The notes: generated by a model from the sequence alone, not told the origin. DNA of 64,000 nucleotides from an uncultured delta proteobacterium (GCA_963789265.1 CAWBKB010000003.1:896001-960000), one strand, 5' to 3'. Shown: positions 1 to 10,381, numbered from the stretch's first letter. Program-made: numbers and translations.

Positions 1-1
1 T

Positions 2-163
2 TTCACTCCCCGGTCGCTTGAGGAGGCGGAGATCGCTCATATCCGACAGATTCTCGAGGAAGAGGACTGGAACATCAGCCACGCTGCGAAGGTTCTGCAA
101 GTGGATCGGACTACCCTGCACAAGAAGATCCGCAAATATGGCCTCGAACGCTCACAGATCTAG
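2..163 (+). CDS. C-terminal end (Fis-type HTH) of a probable sigma-54-dependent activator, partial at window edge
   Basis: Manual translation, not in ORF track: FTPRSLEEAEIAHIRQILEEEDWNISHAAKVLQVDRTTLHKKIRKYGLERSQI*, typical NtrC-family HTH tail; TAG at 161-163. Confidence 0.85.
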   Translation, partial: FTPRSLEEAEIAHIRQILEEEDWNISHAAKVLQVDRTTLHKKIRKYGLERSQI

Positions 164-214
164 ACTGACCGACGCCCGTTTCTGTTAAATTTCATCAGCC
201 TGCAGGCAGAAGAA

Positions 215-803
215 GTGCCTCCATCTACATCGGCCCTAAAAGGACTTATCGCAGTCGTGCCCCTTGGAAAAGTGGGCGAGGACGTGCTGCGGGTCGTTGC
301 GGATAGCCTTCAGGGTATATTAAGGCTGCCCATAGATATCTGGGATGCCGTGCCCATACCTGAAGATGCGTTCATGAGATCCCGCAACCAATACAACGCC
401 ATGACCATCATCAGGTATCTTGCAGAAAATCATTCCGGAGATAATCTCAAAGTTCTCGGCATTATGGACAAAGATATTTGCAACCCCATCATTACTTATG
501 TCTTTGGTGAAGCGTACATGGGGGGACGGGCAGCCGTCGTGTCAAGCGCACGTCTCAGCGCGACCCTGGCGGGCGAACCGGTCTCCAGGGAGCATTTCTT
601 GGACAGGATCGTGAAGGTTGCGCTGCATGAAATCGGTCACACCTTCAACATCCCTCACTGCCACACGGGCCGATGCGTCATGCCGCGCGTCCAACAACTT
701 GGCCGAACTGGACGACAAGCTGAATTATCTCTGCAATTATTGTGAGCTTTTCCTTGCAGATGCTCTGAAGCATGTTTTGCAAGATGAGAAGCAAAAAACT
801 TGA
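215..803 (+). CDS. Archaemetzincin-family Zn metalloprotease (one +1 frameshift near 683)
   Basis: HEIGHTFNIPHC...CVM metzincin motif in ORF 215..745; continues as RASNNLAELDDKLNYLCNYC in the frame of ORF 618..803. Confidence 0.85.
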
Positions 804-833
804 AAGACATTGATCTTGCGAATCCCCGCGGCG

Positions 834-882
834 GTAGGGGCACCGCATGCGGTGCCTTGGGCGCTGCGTGCTGCGCCCCTAC
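834..882. repeat. GTAG-family REP-like palindrome doublet
   Basis: GTAGGGGCACCGCATGCGGTGCC-TT-GGGCGCTGCGTGCTGCGCCCCTAC between convergent genes. Confidence 0.75.
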
Positions 883-930
883 AAAAGGCCCGAACATAGC
901 GGAGATGTGACAGTTTTTTGTGGCACCTCC

Positions 931-3711
931 TCACCGGATACTGAGCCTCTTCATACGACTGTACAAACTGGATCGTTTCATTCCCAGCAAGTTTGCCGCG
1001 CCGTTGGGGCCGCCCACCCGGCCCCGGGTCTTTTCGAGTACGAATCTCACGTACCGGCGCTGCAATTCATCGAGAGTCGGCATATCGGCAAAGGGATTAC
1101 GAGCTGACGATCTGTTCTTGGCGGGTAAGTCCAGTGCCAACTGATTCTCGTCGGACAGAACAACTGCCCTTTCAATAACGTTTTTCAGCTCGCGTACGTT
1201 TCCCGGCCAGGGATATGCATTCAATCGTGCTTCGTCATCCCGCGTCAGCATGAGTTGCGAACGATTATGCTTGGCAGCATATCTTGTCAGGAAGTGTCGG
1301 GCCAACAGAACTATGTCGTCGACTCTCTCGCGAAGCGGAGGTAACACAATCGGGACGACGTTGAGGCGGTAAAACAGATCCTCTCGAAAGGTGCCGGCAG
1401 CAACCTCCTCAGGCAAATCGCGATTGGTTGCCGCGACGAGACGGAAATTGGAAGATATGGTTTGGGTCCCCCCAACTCGCATCAGTGTCTTCGCTTGAAG
1501 CACCCGAAGGAGCTTTACTTGTATTGATTTGGGGATTTCGCCGACTTCGTCAATGAACAGAGTACCTTGATGCGCCAGTTCCATGAGACCTTTCTTTTGC
1601 CTATCCGCACCTGTGAAAGCACCCTTTTCGTAACCGAACAGTTCGCTCTCGACTAGATTCTCCGGGATCGTGGTGGGATCCACGGTCACCAGAGCATGGT
1701 TATAGCGGCGGCTCATCTTATGAATTCTGTGCGCCAGGAGTTCTTTGCCGACTCCGGTTTCCCCCGATATAAGCACTGTGCTTTCCGAGGCCGCCACCTG
1801 ATCGACCATGACCAGGATTTTCGTCATGACAGGGCTTCTCGTGAGTATTTCTCTGCTGGCGGGCTGATCGAGATAGACCGATTTCTGGGATGCCGCCGTT
1901 TCCAGCCGAAGGCAATGGCTGTGAACATGAGCGATGTACGTGCTCAAATAGCGCGCCATGTGAATTAACTGGTCTGAGTCCAGAAAATCGAAACATCCGT
2001 CGAGATATGAATTGTCATGATAGAGTACGCCACGCGTTGCGCCCTCGACCTTGAACGGAAGACAAAGCACAGCTTTTTGCCGATAGGACGGGTTGCCGGA
2101 TGCTGCCGGACGGAGAACCTGAGGAGAATTTTCCCGATACGCCTTGAACACCAACGCGAGGTTTGATCGAAAATCCTTGGACTCCACATCGCCTTGGCTC
2201 AAATTGCATGCTGCCCGCAAGACGGGACTCGGCTGCCGGCCCGCGCGCCTGAACCAGAAGATTCCTCCCCGTTCTGCCCCAAAGTAGCGGTTCGTGGCCA
2301 CCACTGCACCAGTCAGTAATGTATCCAAATCCGCCGTGGGCATAAGTTCTTGGATGATTTCGATGAACCGAGCCAGGAACTCCCCCTGAGTTCGTGCATT
2401 CAAGGGACTGTTCGGCACGGTCACCAAATGTCGCAGGTCATCCGGATAAAGCCCCTCGTCTCTACCTGATAATTCCACCCATGCCTTTTGCGCTAGTCTG
2501 CGGGCCGCTTGATGCTCTCCTATTCTCAATTTCAAGCGGGCTATCTCCAGCCTAGTTTTGGCAAGCTGAACCGGAGCTCCCGCACGTATAAGGCAATCTT
2601 CGCTCGACTCCAGATCAGCTAAAACTTCGTCTGCCTGCGCTCCTGAGTTGGCCCTGTCCATGGCCCTTAATCGATAAGCTACTCCGCGCAGATGGATGTT
2701 TGGTTCTCGCAAGATTCTGAGAATTTCATCGTTAAAATTCATCTCGAGGATCGGTGGAAGACCGGATCGATGAAGCTCAAATAGCATTTCCGGGAAACCG
2801 GGCAATGCGTACTGCCGAATCAGACCGGCCTTCGCGCCTTCCGACACGGCCTGACACAGCAATTCTCTTCCTTCCGTAACTCGCCCTTCAATAATATGAT
2901 GGTAGGCAAGCCCTCCCCGACTGAAATAGAGAGCTAACGCGTTCTTCGTTTGGACAGCCTCTTGAAGAGCCCCTGCAAGATGATACGCAGCTTCGCTTCT
3001 CTTGGAAGCCAAGAGCAACACTATGCCCAAGGCCGCCCTGATCGTGGCGGCTAGAGATCGATCCTGTTTTTCCAGGGAAATGCGTCGGTAATAATCAAGT
3101 ATTCCTATGGCGCGGTGAAATTCCCCCATGTAAGCTGCGCAGTATCCCAACCAAAGAGGAGCTGACGGATTGCTGACCACATTGATCTTCGCACTTTCGA
3201 AGCTCCTAACTCCTCGCTCGAAATGGATTACTGCCTCAGAAAAGAGCCCCTGAACAAAATAATACAGCCCAAGGAACTCGCCGGATCTGGTCAGGATGTC
3301 TTCGTCACCGAGTTCCTCCACTTCCCGCTTGCCGTCAGCGAAAACTTCCATCGCTTCCTGACGGCGTTCGCCAAAATAGTATAATCGGCCAAGGTGGAGT
3401 TTAATAAGCGTGGCAGAACGTCGATCGCCCAAGAGATCCGCCGCGACCAATGCATTTTGTAAGAACATAGTGAGTTCGCCAAAGCCTTTCCCCATGACAA
3501 AACCGAGGTCGGATAGTTCCAAGCTGGTCGATACAAGTAGCGCATCGCTTTCAGAAGATCGCGACGCGGCGGAGAGCCGGACCAAGACCCCGAATAGACG
3601 ATTCCACGCGGCTTCCCGATCGCCGGTTTCCAGCGCCTTTTGGGCCAATTCCCGCTCCAGTCGCGATGCTTCCAGACTGTAACTGGAAGCGGGCGCAGTC
3701 GGATAATTCAT
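931..3711 (-). CDS. Sigma-54-dependent enhancer-binding protein with TPR-like N-terminus, GAF-like domain, AAA+ domain and HTH
   Basis: GETGVGKE Walker A, ESELFGYEKGAFTGA, FIDEVGE Walker B, WPGNVREL, C-terminal HTH; long helical N-terminus. Confidence 0.92.
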   Translation of the reverse strand: MNYPTAPASSYSLEASRLERELAQKALETGDREAAWNRLFGVLVRLSAASRSSESDALLVSTSLELSDLGFVMGKGFGELTMFLQNALVAADLLGDRRSATLIKLHLGRLYYFGERRQEAMEVFADGKREVEELGDEDILTRSGEFLGLYYFVQGLFSEAVIHFERGVRSFESAKINVVSNPSAPLWLGYCAAYMGEFHRAIGILDYYRRISLEKQDRSLAATIRAALGIVLLLASKRSEAAYHLAGALQEAVQTKNALALYFSRGGLAYHHIIEGRVTEGRELLCQAVSEGAKAGLIRQYALPGFPEMLFELHRSGLPPILEMNFNDEILRILREPNIHLRGVAYRLRAMDRANSGAQADEVLADLESSEDCLIRAGAPVQLAKTRLEIARLKLRIGEHQAARRLAQKAWVELSGRDEGLYPDDLRHLVTVPNSPLNARTQGEFLARFIEIIQELMPTADLDTLLTGAVVATNRYFGAERGGIFWFRRAGRQPSPVLRAACNLSQGDVESKDFRSNLALVFKAYRENSPQVLRPAASGNPSYRQKAVLCLPFKVEGATRGVLYHDNSYLDGCFDFLDSDQLIHMARYLSTYIAHVHSHCLRLETAASQKSVYLDQPASREILTRSPVMTKILVMVDQVAASESTVLISGETGVGKELLAHRIHKMSRRYNHALVTVDPTTIPENLVESELFGYEKGAFTGADRQKKGLMELAHQGTLFIDEVGEIPKSIQVKLLRVLQAKTLMRVGGTQTISSNFRLVAATNRDLPEEVAAGTFREDLFYRLNVVPIVLPPLRERVDDIVLLARHFLTRYAAKHNRSQLMLTRDDEARLNAYPWPGNVRELKNVIERAVVLSDENQLALDLPAKNRSSARNPFADMPTLDELQRRYVRFVLEKTRGRVGGPNGAANLLGMKRSSLYSRMKRLSIR

Positions 3712-3787
3712 GGTTCACCTCCGCTGGAGTCATGTCTAGGGTCGTATGCTGAGGATAGCATGGAGGATAGGGGTATCCAACAAGAAA

Positions 3788-3826
3788 TGGCGATATTTAG
3801 ACATGAAGTGCCGAGATATCGGCACT
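3788..3826. promoter_or_regulatory. Candidate enhancer (UAS) for the divergent activator
   Basis: Perfect 8-4-8 palindrome AGTGCCGA-GATA-TCGGCACT at 3807-3826 and a related degenerate copy TGGCGATATTTAGACA at 3788-3803, 60-100 bp upstream of a -24/-12 promoter. Confidence 0.55.
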
Positions 3827-3884
3827 GACCGGCGAAATCGAAAGTAGTGACCAAATAAATCACTAACTTACACCTGATGCATTT

Positions 3885-3900
3885 CGGCACATCTCTTGCT
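3885..3900 (+). promoter_or_regulatory. Sigma-54 (-24/-12) promoter of the acyl-CoA operon
   Basis: CGGCACATCTCTTGCT with GG-N10-GC spacing; IHF-like AATCACTAACTTA at 3858-3870. Confidence 0.8.
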
Positions 3901-4037
3901 CTTACTTAGCCAAACAACCTTGTTGCTCTTGTCGAGGCTCTCAATCCACGAAAGAAGGTGAATAGGAAGTCAATCATTTCATTCCGCCGGCGCTGTGCAG
4001 AAAAGCAATTCCAACAAATCGAGAAACGGAGGAAATC

Positions 4038-4433
4038 ATGCCTGTGTTCAAGGACACGCAGCAGATGTATGAGGTGCTCGGAGCCCTTTGGAGCTACATG
4101 GTCAAAGAGACCGAGATTGGCTCAAAGCTAAAAGAGTACGAAATAAGCTACAAGTTCGTCCTAACTGACCCGAAGGGGTATCTGTGGGTTGGGCACGACA
4201 AGGTCCTCACCGGCGACGAAGCCAACCAGCCCGCGGTTATTACCATGGAGTTGTCCGGTGATACGACCCACAAGTTCTGGCTGAAACAGATAAGTCTACC
4301 GGTTGCATTGGCCACGAGAAAGATTAAATCCAAGGGGCCGATTCCGAAGGTGCTGAAGATGCTCCCCTTTCTCAAACCGGTCTACGAGAAGTATCCTGAT
4401 TTCTGCCGTCAATTCGGTCTCCCTACTTCGTGA
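4038..4433 (+). CDS. SCP2 (sterol carrier protein 2)-like lipid-binding domain protein
   Basis: 131 aa; ...ITMELSGDTTHKFWLKQISLPVALATRKIKSKGPIPKVLKM pattern typical of SCP2 domains; GGAGG RBS. Confidence 0.7.
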   Translation: MPVFKDTQQMYEVLGALWSYMVKETEIGSKLKEYEISYKFVLTDPKGYLWVGHDKVLTGDEANQPAVITMELSGDTTHKFWLKQISLPVALATRKIKSKGPIPKVLKMLPFLKPVYEKYPDFCRQFGLPTS

Positions 4434-4518
4434 CCGCAGGCAAATATCAAATTTCGAGACCCGGCCTCGTCCCACGCTGACGTGGATTGGTGGCGTTCTA
4501 AGAACGAGGAGATTTACT

Positions 4519-6126
4519 ATGGCTGAAAGCAAGGTGCCCGGACACATTGCTTACGACTTGGATAGCAAAGCAGAAGATCGTCCTGATTTCAATGTCGTAA
4601 CCTTCGAGAACGGAGAGTACCCGAAGGAGGCTCTTACTTACGCGGATATTGTGATCAAAGGGAGAAAAATCGCCGGGCGATTGCAGGAACTCGGTATAGG
4701 GAAAGGTGACACGTTCGCTTTGGTCATGAAAAACCACCCCGAGTTCATTTATTCGCTGTACGCGGCAACAGCCATCGGAGCTATTTTGCTCCCGATCGAT
4801 CCTCGCACCAAGGGCGACAGGCTAAATTACGTGCTGAGCGATTCCAAATCCAAAGGGATACTTTTTTCCAGTGAATTCATGGGTAGCGTGACCGAGTCGC
4901 TCGCCGCGCTTCGTAACATCCAAGTGGTCGGCGTCACTTACAAGGCGGGCGGTGACGTCCCAATGACTGATAAGTACCCTAACATGAACGAGATTCTGGC
5001 AGGGTCCGAAGTGCCGCCACCGGACCGACGCAACGACGTGCTCGATGCCCCCATCGAGATCATCTATACATCCGGAACCACGGGTGCTCCCAAGGGAGTA
5101 GTCCTTAAAGGGGCTCGCTTGGCGCTTTTCAGTCAATTGGCCGAGTTCGTGTGGCAGTACACTCCTGAGGACACGCTTTACACGGGTCTGTCGTTGGCCC
5201 ACGGAAATGCTCAAGCGGTGACCTTGATTCCTTCACTGCTGCTCTCAATTCCCTCCATTTTCAGCCGGACGTTCACTAAAAGCCGCATCTGGGATATCTG
5301 CCGCGAATACGGCTGCACGACGTTTTCCCTGCTGGGCGGAATGATGATGGCAATCTATAGCGAGCCCAAGAAACCAAACGACGGCGATAATCCGGTGCGG
5401 CTCGTGTTGAGCGCCGGTACCCCCCGGGATATTTGGGTTTCTTTTGAGAATCGCTTCAATGTCCTGATCCATGAATGGTACGGTGCCATCGAAGGAGGCT
5501 TTGCCCACAAACCGCCCCATGTCGGCCCGGTAGGATCATTCGGCAAGCCTCTTGAAGGCTTGATGGAAATGAAGGTGGTCCGAGACGACGGGACGGAATC
5601 CGAGCCGGGAGAATTGGGAGAGTTGATTTGCCGTACCATTGGCCAACCAACCGAAGTAGAATACTTGGGCAAAAGGGAAGCTTCGGAACGAAAAACACGC
5701 GGAGGATGGCTGCGGACCGGGGACAAGTGTCACAGGGACGAAAATGGCTGGTTCTTTTTTGACTATCGTGAGGGCGGTGGCCTGCGGCGATCGGGTGACT
5801 TCATTATGCCCCAGCACGTGGAAGCGGTTTTGGCGGAACATCCACAGGTGACTGATGTATGCGTGTATGGAATTCCCGCGACATCGGGTGCTCCGGGTGA
5901 AAGCGACATTGTGGCCGCGGTGGTTCCCGTGGCGAGCGGCGAGATCGACCCCGAATCGGTTTTTCGGCTTTGCATCGAAAAACTATCTGGGAACTTCGTC
6001 CCTTCCTATCTTCAGGTGGTGAACGAGATACCCAAGACTGTCTCGGAAAAGAACCTGGACCGACTCCTGAAGGAGATCTTCCAGAAACAAGGGGACAACG
6101 TTTACCGGTTCGAGGATTTTCGCTAA
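4519..6126 (+). CDS. AMP-forming acyl-CoA ligase (CaiC-like)
   Basis: YTSGTTGAPKG, WYGAIEG, WLRTGD and IPKT adenylation motifs. Confidence 0.9.
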   Translation: MAESKVPGHIAYDLDSKAEDRPDFNVVTFENGEYPKEALTYADIVIKGRKIAGRLQELGIGKGDTFALVMKNHPEFIYSLYAATAIGAILLPIDPRTKGDRLNYVLSDSKSKGILFSSEFMGSVTESLAALRNIQVVGVTYKAGGDVPMTDKYPNMNEILAGSEVPPPDRRNDVLDAPIEIIYTSGTTGAPKGVVLKGARLALFSQLAEFVWQYTPEDTLYTGLSLAHGNAQAVTLIPSLLLSIPSIFSRTFTKSRIWDICREYGCTTFSLLGGMMMAIYSEPKKPNDGDNPVRLVLSAGTPRDIWVSFENRFNVLIHEWYGAIEGGFAHKPPHVGPVGSFGKPLEGLMEMKVVRDDGTESEPGELGELICRTIGQPTEVEYLGKREASERKTRGGWLRTGDKCHRDENGWFFFDYREGGGLRRSGDFIMPQHVEAVLAEHPQVTDVCVYGIPATSGAPGESDIVAAVVPVASGEIDPESVFRLCIEKLSGNFVPSYLQVVNEIPKTVSEKNLDRLLKEIFQKQGDNVYRFEDFR

Positions 6127-6168
6127 GACTGCAATAGTAAAATCCGTCTCAAGCAACGAGGTGACAGT

Positions 6169-6969
6169 ATGCGCAAGTACGTCGAAGATCTCGATTTCCA
6201 TGGCGAAGAGCACGTAAGCGAATGGACGCCATGGTCTCCTCAGGACATTCGCCGAAAAAAGGGGGTGCTGGAAGCCGCTCGGATCATGCTTAACTCCGCA
6301 TTGACTGCTCCTGCTGCGGGAGGTGTTCCGCAAACAGAAGGTCATTTGGTTTACGGTCAGGAGGAAATGGAGGCAGTAGCTCGCACCGTGGAGGAGATTG
6401 CTCACAAGAATCAGAACTGGAAGGAGCCTTTCCTCTATGAAGCGGTCATGGTGCGAGATTCGGATGTTCTCGTATTGATAGGAAATACGAGATGTCATGA
6501 AACTCCTCTTGACGCAGGATGCGGCATGTGTGGCGGAGGTCTGGACTGCGGCTATTTCTACGAAAAGAAGACTCACCGTTACGGACTCGTAGATATTACC
6601 GATCGCTCTTCCACTCGAATGATTAACGGTCCTCTGTGCACGGCTCGGGTGGACGACTTGGGCTATGCCGTAGGGAGCGCCCTGTGGACGGCACACACCC
6701 TGATGGTCGATGCAAGGCCCTTTGCAAGCGCAGGAATGGCGGGCCAGAAGCTGGGATACTGCCCCAATTCCGGAATGGTCGTCGGAGTCCTGGTGGCCGC
6801 CAAGTCCAAGAATCCGTATGTGGACGTCAACGTGGACTACCACCTTATAAACATGGACAAGGTTCTGGACAACGCTCGGAAGATATACCAGACAGCCCGA
6901 ATCATCCGTGGATTCGATTACCGGAGATGGATACCCAAACCGCAGAATACTGAAGAGGAGGGCGAGTAA
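6169..6969 (+). CDS. DUF2148-like Fe-S-motif protein, copy A
   Basis: ALTAPAAGG start motif, CGMCGGGLDC, GPLC...DDLGYAVGSA and a late SKNPY motif, as in DUF2148 ferredoxin-domain proteins. Confidence 0.7.
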   Translation: MRKYVEDLDFHGEEHVSEWTPWSPQDIRRKKGVLEAARIMLNSALTAPAAGGVPQTEGHLVYGQEEMEAVARTVEEIAHKNQNWKEPFLYEAVMVRDSDVLVLIGNTRCHETPLDAGCGMCGGGLDCGYFYEKKTHRYGLVDITDRSSTRMINGPLCTARVDDLGYAVGSALWTAHTLMVDARPFASAGMAGQKLGYCPNSGMVVGVLVAAKSKNPYVDVNVDYHLINMDKVLDNARKIYQTARIIRGFDYRRWIPKPQNTEEEGE

Positions 6970-7835
6970 TGGGACACCTTATAGGTAGGGACTACTATCA
7001 GGACCACCTTCTGGAAGTAGCCAAAAGCATCGTGCTTGCCATCCATAAGGCGCCCCAGATCACCGGCAAGACAGTTATCGAGGCTGAGATCATCTGGGGA
7101 GAAGACTTGATGCCCATAATCGAGATCTTGGAGCCGTGGCTCCAGTAGTCCGTTACATCCAGTGGGACTACGAAACGATCAAAGGGTGCTACGAAAAGGG
7201 AGAATCGCCTGTCATTATCAACATTGGCGCCAAGGTGAATCGCTCCAATCTAGCTTGGAATTGCGGGGCCTGTGGGTTCGACACGTGCGCAGAATTCAAC
7301 GCGTACAGCAAAGACCTTGGAGGCGGAGGGCAGTTGGGTGGGCCTTGCTGCAACTGGAAGATCCTGGACTATGCCATAGCATGCGATTGGGCGTGTGCAT
7401 CCGCCTGGCAGTACAAGGTTGACAACCGGATAATGGGGTCTCTGGGGTTTGCGTTGCAGGCCTTGAATTATCTTCCTGATTCGGACGTCAAGCTCGGACT
7501 TGCACTGGGGCCGCCCAGAGAAAGTGTTTACTTCAGCAGGACCGAGGTTCGCAATGTCATGTCGTATGAGGCGGACAAGATGGACATGATAAAGAGCATT
7601 CCCACTATGTTTGCCGGCTTCCCTGGAAGCGGCAACCCCATGTACAAGACGAAACAAGACTGGTGGGCGCCTCCGGAATTTCTAAATATCGGTTATTCAG
7701 AGGACGCGATGGAAGTCCTGCAGAAAAGTCCTCTACGAACAAATCCCCGAGATCGTCGTCAAGCATGCCGACGCCGTGGCAGCCAGGTACATAACGGACG
7801 AAAAAGCTCCGTCAGAGGAACAATCCGACCAGTAG
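6969..7835 (+). CDS. DUF2148-like Fe-S-motif protein, copy B (two frameshifts near 7135 and 7725)
   Basis: ATG overlaps the previous TAA; MGHLIGRDYYQDHLLEVAKSIVLAIHKAPQITGK..., then NCGACGFDTC...GPCC...VDNRIM in ORF 7136..8326; C-terminus ...EQIPEIVVKHADAVAARY...DQ* with TAG at 7833-7835. Confidence 0.7.
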
Positions 7836-7850
7836 TAAGGGAGGTCAACG

Positions 7851-9093
7851 ATGGATTTCTTGGATCTGGATTTCAACTTGTCCGAAGAGGACTTAGCGTT
7901 GAAAAAGGCGGCAAACCGGTTCGCCAGGGAAGTCATGCGACCGGTTTCCGTGCAACTGGACGCCATGACCCCCGAGGAGGTTATCGCTCCCGAATCCCCT
8001 CTGTGGGATTTCATGAAAAAAGCCTACCAGCTTGGTTATCATACCATCCTGATTCCCGAATCCTATGGTGGAATGAATGTTACCCCCTTGCAGCAGTCAC
8101 TGATTATGGAGGAACTCTCTTGGGGCAGCGCCGGGCTTGCCGTTCTCCTTGCCGTGGCGGCATTTCCCGCTTTTGTAGCCAGTATGGTCCCGGAAGACGA
8201 ACTCATAGACAATATCATCGTGCCGTTCTGCGAATGCAGCGACGCCAGCATCAGAGGTTGCTGGGGGATCACCGAACCGGATCATGGTTCCGATACACTC
8301 CTCCCCGGTTACCCCAGTTTCTGTGACCCTGCCATAGGTGCCAATTGCCGCGTTAGGTTGGATGGAGACGAGTGGGTAGTCAACGGTCAGAAGTCGTCAT
8401 GGGTTTCCGGCGGCACTATTGCGACCCATTGTGCGCTTTATTGCCAGGTCGATCCTACCGCGGGACACGCTGGAGGAGGGATTTTCGTCGTGCCTTTAGA
8501 TCTGCCCGGAGTATCTAAAGGTAAACCGCTCAACAAGCTTGGACAGCGCGACCTCAATCAAGGGGAGATATTTTTCGACAACGTTCACATTCCCAAATCG
8601 TATATGATTGCACCTCCGGAAGCCTATGAAGCAATGTTGGAAACAACTCTGTCAACTACAACGGCACTTATGGGAGGTACTCGGCACCGGTATCGCCAGA
8701 GCTGCGTTCGACGAGGCGCTGACGTATGCCAAGGAACGGGTGCAGGGAGGAAAGCGGCTCATAGAATACACACACGTGAGAATGACTCTGTTTCACATGC
8801 TGAGGAGGGTCGAAGCCAGCCGTATGATGAGCAGGGCCGCCTATCAATACAACCAAAATACATCGACTCCGGCTGAAGAATACTCGGTCATGGCCAAGAT
8901 TCAAGGCACTGAAGCAGCCTTCCAGAACACTCATGAGGCGATACAGCTCTTTGGTGGCAACGGTATGGCAAAGGAATATCTCATCGAGAAACTATTCAGA
9001 GATGCACGGGCCACACTGATCGAAGACGGTTCCAACCAAACATTGGCTATCGCGGCAGGGCATAAAATCATCGAAACGTATCCGCGATCCTGA
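7851..9093 (+). CDS. Acyl-CoA dehydrogenase (one +1 frameshift near 8675)
   Basis: WGITEPDHGSD, VNGQKSSWVS, ERVQGGKRL, AIQLFGGNG, EKLFRDAR across ORFs 7851..8876 and 8608..9093. Confidence 0.9.
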
Positions 9094-9142
9094 TTCGGGC
9101 AAACTAGACGAAATTGTGGATAAGATTTTCAGGAGAAACCGC

Positions 9143-10381
9143 ATGCGAGATGTTTATGTGATCGGGGTCGGCATGTTCCGGTTCGGCAAGTACTTGGAAC
9201 GCACGATGAAGGATATGGCCGCAGAGGCAGTCAATCTTGTAATCAAGGATGCTGACATTGAAAAGAAGGACCTTCAGTTTGCGTACGTGTCGAACAGCTA
9301 CTGGGGATTGTTCGAGGGTCAGCATTCCATCAAAGGTCAAGTTCTCTTATTCCCTCTCGGCATCCAAAAGATACCCATCGCAAACGTGGAGAACGCCTGC
9401 GCCGGGGGATCCACAGCTTTCCACATGGCTTGGATGAGCGTCGCATCCGGCCTGTATGATGTCGGATTGGCCCTTGGTGTGGAAAAATTGGCAAATGCCG
9501 ATAAGCAGCTTTCCCTCAAATCCTTCATGAGCAGTATGGACGTCTTGAATTTTGGTAACCAGGTCACGACCATGTTGTCCGCGGTGCAAGGTCTTGCTGT
9601 TCAGCCTCCTCCGGAACAGCAAGCTGCCGGCCAAGGCCGCAGCATATTTATGGACATGTACGCTGCAGGGGCTCGATGGCACATGTCTAAATATGGGTCT
9701 ACTCAAAGACAGCTTGCAGTCATCTCCGCGAAGAATCATTTTCACGGCTCCTTGAATCTCCTGGCTCAGATTCAGAAAGATATGACCGTTGCAGAGGTAT
9801 TGGCTGACAAGCCGATATCCTACCCCCTAACACGCCCTATGTGCGCTCCCGTAGGCGATGGAGCCACGTCCGCCATCTTGTGCTCTGCGGATTACCTGAA
9901 AAAGCTCCCAAATGCGAGACCCGTACGTGTACGGGCGTCGGTTCTCGGTTCGGGAACCGACCGGGGACTTGAAGGCGAGGACATAGGTAAAAGGGTTTCC
10001 CGCAAAGCTTACGAGATTGCAGGAGTAGGCCCCGAAGACATCAATGTGGCTGAATTACACGATGCAACGGCCTACGGTGAACTTCATCAGACCGAAACCC
10101 TCGGCTTTTGCAATGAAGGCGAAGGAGGGCTCTTAGCGGAATCTGGGGCCACAAAGCTTGGAGGAAGGCTTCCGATCAACACGAGTGGCGGCTTGGAGTC
10201 GAGGGGCCATCCCATCGGGGCTTCGGGGCTGGCCCAGATTCATGAGATCGTCACCCAGCTTCGTGGAGAAGCGGGCAAACGCCAAGTGGAACGAGCCTGT
10301 TTAGGACTAACGGAAAATGGTGGCGGCACACTCGGGTTTGAGGAAGCTTCAATGACAATTCACATTTTAGAGAAGGCGTGA
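9143..10381 (+). CDS. Thiolase, SCP2/SCPx-type
   Basis: VENACAGG, AELHDAT, GHPIGASG, TENGGG; AGGAG RBS before ATG 9143. Confidence 0.9.
   Translation: MRDVYVIGVGMFRFGKYLERTMKDMAAEAVNLVIKDADIEKKDLQFAYVSNSYWGLFEGQHSIKGQVLLFPLGIQKIPIANVENACAGGSTAFHMAWMSVASGLYDVGLALGVEKLANADKQLSLKSFMSSMDVLNFGNQVTTMLSAVQGLAVQPPPEQQAAGQGRSIFMDMYAAGARWHMSKYGSTQRQLAVISAKNHFHGSLNLLAQIQKDMTVAEVLADKPISYPLTRPMCAPVGDGATSAILCSADYLKKLPNARPVRVRASVLGSGTDRGLEGEDIGKRVSRKAYEIAGVGPEDINVAELHDATAYGELHQTETLGFCNEGEGGLLAESGATKLGGRLPINTSGGLESRGHPIGASGLAQIHEIVTQLRGEAGKRQVERACLGLTENGGGTLGFEEASMTIHILEKA

Noticed and set aside
5983..6843. Long antisense ORFs (also 30165..31085, 37707..38402, 53827..54684, 17668..18381)
   Set aside because: Shadow frames opposite well-supported genes, with no recognisable motifs.
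7136..8326. Apparent 396-aa ORF overlapping the acyl-CoA dehydrogenase
   Set aside because: Artefact of two frameshifts; the real gene is 6969..7835 and the tail is out-of-frame read-through.
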